From NCBI GenBank assembly GCA_002104905.1, contig MCFE01000415.1:15419-79418 (forward strand): a stretch of DNA of 64,000 bases, read 5' to 3'. The notes under the pieces are model-generated. The model searched no databases and was not told the DNA's origin. It saw only the letters and a list, made by a program, of their open reading frames with translations. The stretch is from Basidiobolus meristosporus CBS 931.73. Lineage: Eukaryota; Fungi; Basidiobolomycota. Positions 58,872-64,000 of the stretch are shown here, piece after piece (positions within the stretch are counted from its first letter, which is position 1; each line of letters opens with the position of its first letter). Both the position numbers and the translations under genes were made by a program.

Positions 58872-60125
58872 TCACAAATGAAAGTGCAATACTAGAATAT
58901 AGTGATGAGAATCACCATATGTTGGTGCTGCGCGGTGCCAATTTGGTATTGAGATTCATCAGGCACATATGAGAGTGCAATACTAGAATATGGTGATGAG
59001 AATAACCATAGGTTTGGTGCTGCGCGGTGTGGTAGGGTAAACATACCTCCCACAGACAAGTTTATTCATATAGTCATTATGATATACTTATCCATATTTT
59101 ATCTTATCAGTATTATCCCATTCTTCTTTTGCCCATATTATCAGTATTATCCCCATGTGATGTTTACCCTGATTAGTTATTAGCATTAGTTATCCCAGAT
59201 GTTATTCAGCTTTGTGATCAGTAGATGTATCTATATAAGGCAAGTACCCGCGTCAGTACCCATGACACATGACCTAGGTCTGTGTTACCATCCCTACCAT
59301 TTCAATACCATATATGGTATCCATATGTTACACAGGTTTCAGAATACTGATTCCTGATTGGTTGAGAGTGCTGTGCCTTTTAGAACCTTCCAGGACATTC
59401 TTGGCATATTCTTAGCTCATAGTGATGTCATCAAGAATTCCACTGATACCTAGAATCTTCTAGAACCTTGTCATTAGTAATCACTTGGCAATCAGGAAAA
59501 GTATTTAAGGGAAAACAATCCCTCATCAATAAATCATCCCTTCTATCAGTTACACTTCTACCTTATTGATTAGCAGTTGATCACTGCACCTGCCTTCAAC
59601 AGTACATCTCAGACCTGCCATCAAGGAGCTTTTCAAGGTAGTGCACAAGACACACAGAGGCCTTTGGAGACACTTGGAGCACCTAGGAAGCTAGAGAAGC
59701 AGCAGCTTATACCATAGAGACATACTGACAAAGACACCAGCAGTTTAGATCCAGAGGTTATTGCACCCATCAGACACCTCACACACCTTGAGTTGTGTAG
59801 CTTCTCCCAGGAGTACCTCTACACCACCACAGCGGTGCCAATTTAGTATTGAGATTCATCAGGCACAAATGAGAGTGCAATACTAGAATATGGTGATGAG
59901 AATAACCATAGGTTTGGTGCCGTGCGGTGCCAATTTGGTATTGAGATTCATCAGGCACAAATGACAGTGCAATACTAGAATATGGTGATGAGAATAACCA
60001 TAGGTTTGGTGCCGTGCGGTGCCAATTTGGTATTGAGATTCATCAGGCACAAATGAGAGTGCAGTACTAGAATATGATGATGAGAATAACCATAGGTTTG
60101 GTGCCACGCGGTGCCAATTTGGCTT
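58872..60125. repeat. 92-bp tandem repeat array (~5 copies) split by a solo LTR
   Basis: GTGCCAATTT anchors at 59835, 59927, 60019 and 60111; ~1.7 further copies at 58872-59027. Confidence 0.92.
59028..59831 (+). mobile_element. Solo LTR (804 bp) with 4-bp TSD GCGG
   Basis: TGTGGT...ACCACA inverted ends; GCGG at 59024-27 and 59832-35; internal TATA-like and AATAAA motifs. Confidence 0.85.
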
Positions 60126-60854
60126 TAAGATTCATCAATATGCAGTAATGAATGATTTGATATGTGCCTTTGTTGGATGGATGACATGCGTTAGTTGGTA
60201 CTAAAATAGTCTACTCCAACAAAAACCACATTGTATTCCTCTGTGTCTGTTTCATGGGGTTCAGTAAATCACCCAGGGCTATATAAAAATGAAGACCTCT
60301 TCTGTCAGGTATTCAGACACAGACGCAAGAGTTAGTGAAGTACTGGAATCTTATACACAATTGTAAGCAATGGACTTTCAGTTAGGCAAGAAGTCTTACT
60401 TAAGGTAAGTTGTGCTTTGAAGATTCTAGAAAGGACTTGAGCATCTTGGTTGCTGCTATTAGCATTCAAGTAAGAACTGATTTGGTGGCAATTGTGTGCT
60501 TAGGGTTAAGGTAAGTGATGAGGAATGCCTTGTGCAGAGTTCATTTTTAAAGTACTATGTGAATGGGTTTGAAACAAGGTAGATGTGAGATGTTTTTAGA
60601 GAGAGAAAAAATAAAGTAAACAGTAATTCAAAGAACTTTTATTTTTTGAAATGCTCATAGGGACACATAATCTCCCGTAGATTATTTTGACCAAATCTTC
60701 TTCAGTATCCTTTACCAAGTTTATATCCTAGCTTGTTGACCACACCTTTGTTCATCAGATGTGTCAATATCATATGATTGTTGCTTCTTTGAAACTGTTA
60801 GGGGGCTAGGGGAACTTCCCCTTAGGATAAATTGTTGGCTTCCTTGGTTTGGAG

Positions 60855-61530
60855 TTAGGGTTAGGGGAGGGAAAGTCACCAAGTTGTTGAGATCTTTATT
60901 TGAGTTAAGAACTAATCTAAGTACAAATAAAGAAGCCAATTAAGAGGTCTAGAACCTCTCTAATAAGTAATCTAATTTATGTTTTGTTTCATCTCTAATG
61001 TTTGTTTCAATAAAGTAGAGCATATAAAATTCAGGGGTTTTGGGGGAAGTACAAATTGTAGATGTTTCTGATCAATATAATCCAAGACTGGAACCCAGCC
61101 TGGGATTAGGTGTAGTAGGAAAGGTGTGTGGACTTGTAAGTAGCTCTGCCACATAGATCTTAGATGGTCCTGAGCCAGTAGTCTTGGTTTCTCTGCTTTT
61201 TGAAGTTTTGAAGCAAGCTCTGTTACTACAGCAGAGCCAACCAGGGTGTGCCAGCAAGAAGATTTCAGGGAGGTGCTAGATTTAAGCCATTTTTGATGGA
61301 GGGGTTATGTGATTTCTGAAGTTTGACTAGGAAGGAAGCACGGAGATAGATCATTTGGATTTGGTATGGGTACAACCCAAAGGCTCCATTAGTTGCATGG
61401 ATATAGGGAGATACTGGAAGATAAGGTACCAAGGATCTGATACACTGATGGACAAATTTATCCAGGCGGTCAAGTTTGCTGGAGGTTAGGGGTATAATGT
61501 GGAGACCAAATTCAAGTACCGGCAGTACAT
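60855..61530 (-). mobile_element. Second, diverged, 5'-truncated LINE copy (3' end only)
   Basis: Encodes YVLPVLEFGL..DKFV.., paralogous to FVFPVLEFGL..DKFA in the main LINE; ends in the same tail motif. Confidence 0.75.
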
Positions 61531-64000
61531 ACTTAGGGGGAGACAGTCACCAACAGGTGAAATCTTTATTTCAGTTGAAACAAAGAAGCCAGCGCTACTG
61601 TTGAGCTTTGATACAAGAGTGTGTAGCTGAGTGGAATTTGTAGCTAAGTTAATAAGAAGTGATGATAGTTCTTCAGTGCTCAAGACACTGTTCAGTGGGA
61701 AGGGGGGTAGCAAGAGAGGTAAGAATGACTTGTGAACAACATTAATGAGGGGAATGTGATAAGGATTGATATTCATCATAAAGGGAGTGTGCTGCTGCAG
61801 ATATTGCTGCAAAAGGTCTGTCAAGTACTTCAGGTAGGCCAGCTTGGGTTTTTCTGACTTCAGAATAAATTCAGCAAACTTCTTGACTTCAGGATCTCCA
61901 AGTATAGCTCTCCAGCAGGAGCCAGGTGTTGTGTGGTGTGTTCTCTTCCAGGCCTTAATCAGTGGATTGTTGCAGTTGTGAAGTCTGAGGTATAATCTGG
62001 TTCTAAGGTAGAGAAGTCTGATCTTATAGGGCATAAACCCAAAAGCACCAAGAATGCATGTCTGTAGGGGCATTCAGGCAAATGAGGCACCAAGGAGGTA
62101 ATGCACCATACTGCAAACTTGTCAAGCTTAGTGCAGTCTCTAGAAGTAAGAGAGAGAAGTGGTAAGCCAAATTCCAGGACAGGGAAGACAAACTGCTTGA
62201 GTAGAAGCAGGCAGCTGGGAGCTGAAGTTGTAGGAGGAGTAACAGCCAGTAGCTTGTGGAGTGCCTGTCTTGCCAGGATGATTCTCTTCTTCAGGTGTGC
62301 TCCAGAGTCTAGTCCAGTAGGAAGGAAAGGAAAGCCAAGATATGTAGCAGAAACCTGAGCAGGTAGAGTGGAGTTCTCCAAGTTGATGGGAGAGCCCAAA
62401 GGTACTGTCTTTGCAATGGAAAGCTGGAGATTATTCTTCTGCAGATACTGGTGGATGGTCTGGGAGTCTTGTTGCACATTGGAGGAGGATATTCTGATGT
62501 CATCAGCAAAGAGAGTAACCAGGCAGTCAGCTGAGAGTCTTGGGAAATCATTCAGGAAGATGGCAAACAGTATAGGACCAAGCACAGAGCCTTGGACCAC
62601 TCCATTAGGAACTGAGAACACAGCTGATTGCTCACTTGGGTGCAGAATTCTTGCTTGTGGATCCAGAAACAGAGACCTGACAAGGAGGGTGAGAGAGGTA
62701 CTGGAGAAGCATTGCAACTTGGACCAAAGCAGATTTCTGTCAACTGAATCAAAGGCCTTAGTAATATCAAACAGAACAGAGGGATACTTGCACTGGAGAG
62801 AGTGATCTTGGCTAAGTATGACTGCATATTCCAAGGAGAGGCCAGGAACAAAGCCAAACTGTGCAGGATGAAACTTGAGGGAGTCAGAGTAGAGCTCCTG
62901 AGCAAGCAGAAGCTCAAACACCTTTCTGCAGGTGGGCAGCAGAGATATTGGCCTGTAGGAGCTAGGATCCAGGTGCTTTCCTTTACCCTTGTACAGTGGC
63001 AGAACATTGGCAAAGGACCATTCCTCAGGAGTAGAAAGCTGGGCTGAGCATTGCTGAAACAGTGGAAGCAGAAGTGCAGACATGGCCTTGGTACTAGTCT
63101 TCAGAAGCTCATAGGAGATTGTGTCCACACCTGGAGCAGTAGAGTTGGGAAGCCTCTTGAGCACATTATGGATTCTCCCTTGATTAAGTGCAAGTGGGAT
63201 GGGCAGAGTCTTGAAGTCAGGATGAAAGCCAGGAGTTGAGTACTGCTTTGTAGAGAAGAAGATGTTAGCCAGCTGTTCTGTTGAAGGTAACTTCCTGGAA
63301 GAGGGCCTCATTGCCCTGTAGAGTCTTGATACTGTTCTTGTTATAGAGTTGGAAGATTGCAGAGGCAAGGAACTCATAATATGATCCCAGAGCTGAGTAT
63401 GCACAGTGTGGTGAATTGCCTTGGAGTGGTGTATGGCTGTCAGGAGGAGTTTCTCTGTTTTTGGGTTAGGGAAACTCAGGTAGCTTTGTTGCAGGGCTGA
63501 AACAATGGATTTCCATTTTCTTGAGGTAACAGCAGTAGTTGTGCATGGCAGTGAGAGGGAGGCAGACACCAGAATCAGATGCTTCACAAAGAGCCAGGCA
63601 TAGTTGAGATCATCTGGCAGAGAAAGTAGCACACTGGCAAGCTTCAAGTAGTTCCCAAAGTCTTTCTTCTGATTCTTGGTAGCTTTGTGGGTGAGCACAG
63701 TAAGTTTTGGCAGCTTCTTCTTCACAACTGGTTGCATAGAAAGGGACCAGGCTGGGTGGTCAGAGGCTCTCAAAGATCCTAGCTCAGCTCCAGAGAATTG
63801 CTTAACTTCATTCACAAAGTAGAGGGCAGCAGCAGAAGGGCAGATCCAGTCAACACATCTTTTCTCAGATTGAGCACCTAGTGCTAGCAGGTGGCTTTCT
63901 CTCAGGAAGTTCAGTAGGAATGTAGACCTTGGCTTCATTCTTGCAGTCAGAGTAGTCTTGTTCTCAGGATGGGGAATGTTGAGATCTCCAAGCAAGATAA
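61531..64000 (-). mobile_element. Non-LTR retrotransposon (LINE, APE + RT); 5' end beyond the window
   Basis: 678-codon ORF with GDLN and SDH (APE), APGVD, YRPISLL, QFGF, FDITKAFDSV, QGSVLGPILF, FADD, YLG. One frameshift at ~62065 into the 61486-62073 frame. Confidence 0.95.

Noticed and set aside
58872-60125. CRISPR-like array
   Set aside because: Units are contiguous 92-bp repeats with no unique spacers; eukaryotic context; no cas genes.
1-64000. tRNA, rRNA or other structured ncRNA genes
   Set aside because: None recognisable by eye; tRNAscan-SE/Infernal would be needed to exclude them.

Overview
Eukaryotic, almost certainly fungal DNA: short 50-70 nt GT-AG introns, a chitin deacetylase, an Ecl1-family gene. 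The gene repertoire suggests an early-diverging (Zoopagomycota/Mucoromycota-like) fungus, but this is inference. The window has three compartments. (1) ~1-7,000 is a CpG-depleted transposon block: truncated PIF/Harbinger-type copy A, a Ty3/Gypsy remnant, and the 5' half of a Ty1/Copia. (2) ~7,300-47,500 is a CpG-rich gene island with ~25 genes: PNP, alpha-arrestin, PPN2-like pseudogene, RluA-type pseudouridine synthase, PPIL2, chitin deacetylase, ELP2, C2 protein, bestrophin, DUF4286-like, SAM-HMG, Ecl1, LysP-like permease, MED15-like, SDH2, UTP18, pirin, Cdd1-like, Vgb-like and several small orphans. (3) ~47,800-64,000 is a second CpG-depleted block. It holds a Copia 3' end, stacked LINE tails, 155-bp and 92-bp tandem arrays, a complete 3.44-kb TIR/TSD-bounded Harbinger-type element, an intronless Kelch-SNF2 fusion pseudogene, a solo LTR and a near-intact LINE. 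The most striking signals concern a TE-host conflict over CpG. Dead TE sequences show CpG-to-TpG/CpA decay, while the catalytic ORFs of the Harbinger transposase and the LINE contain no CpG at all yet stay open. The second main lead is a putative large element carrying a Kelch-SNF2 fusion gene. All counts were made by eye, without tools.
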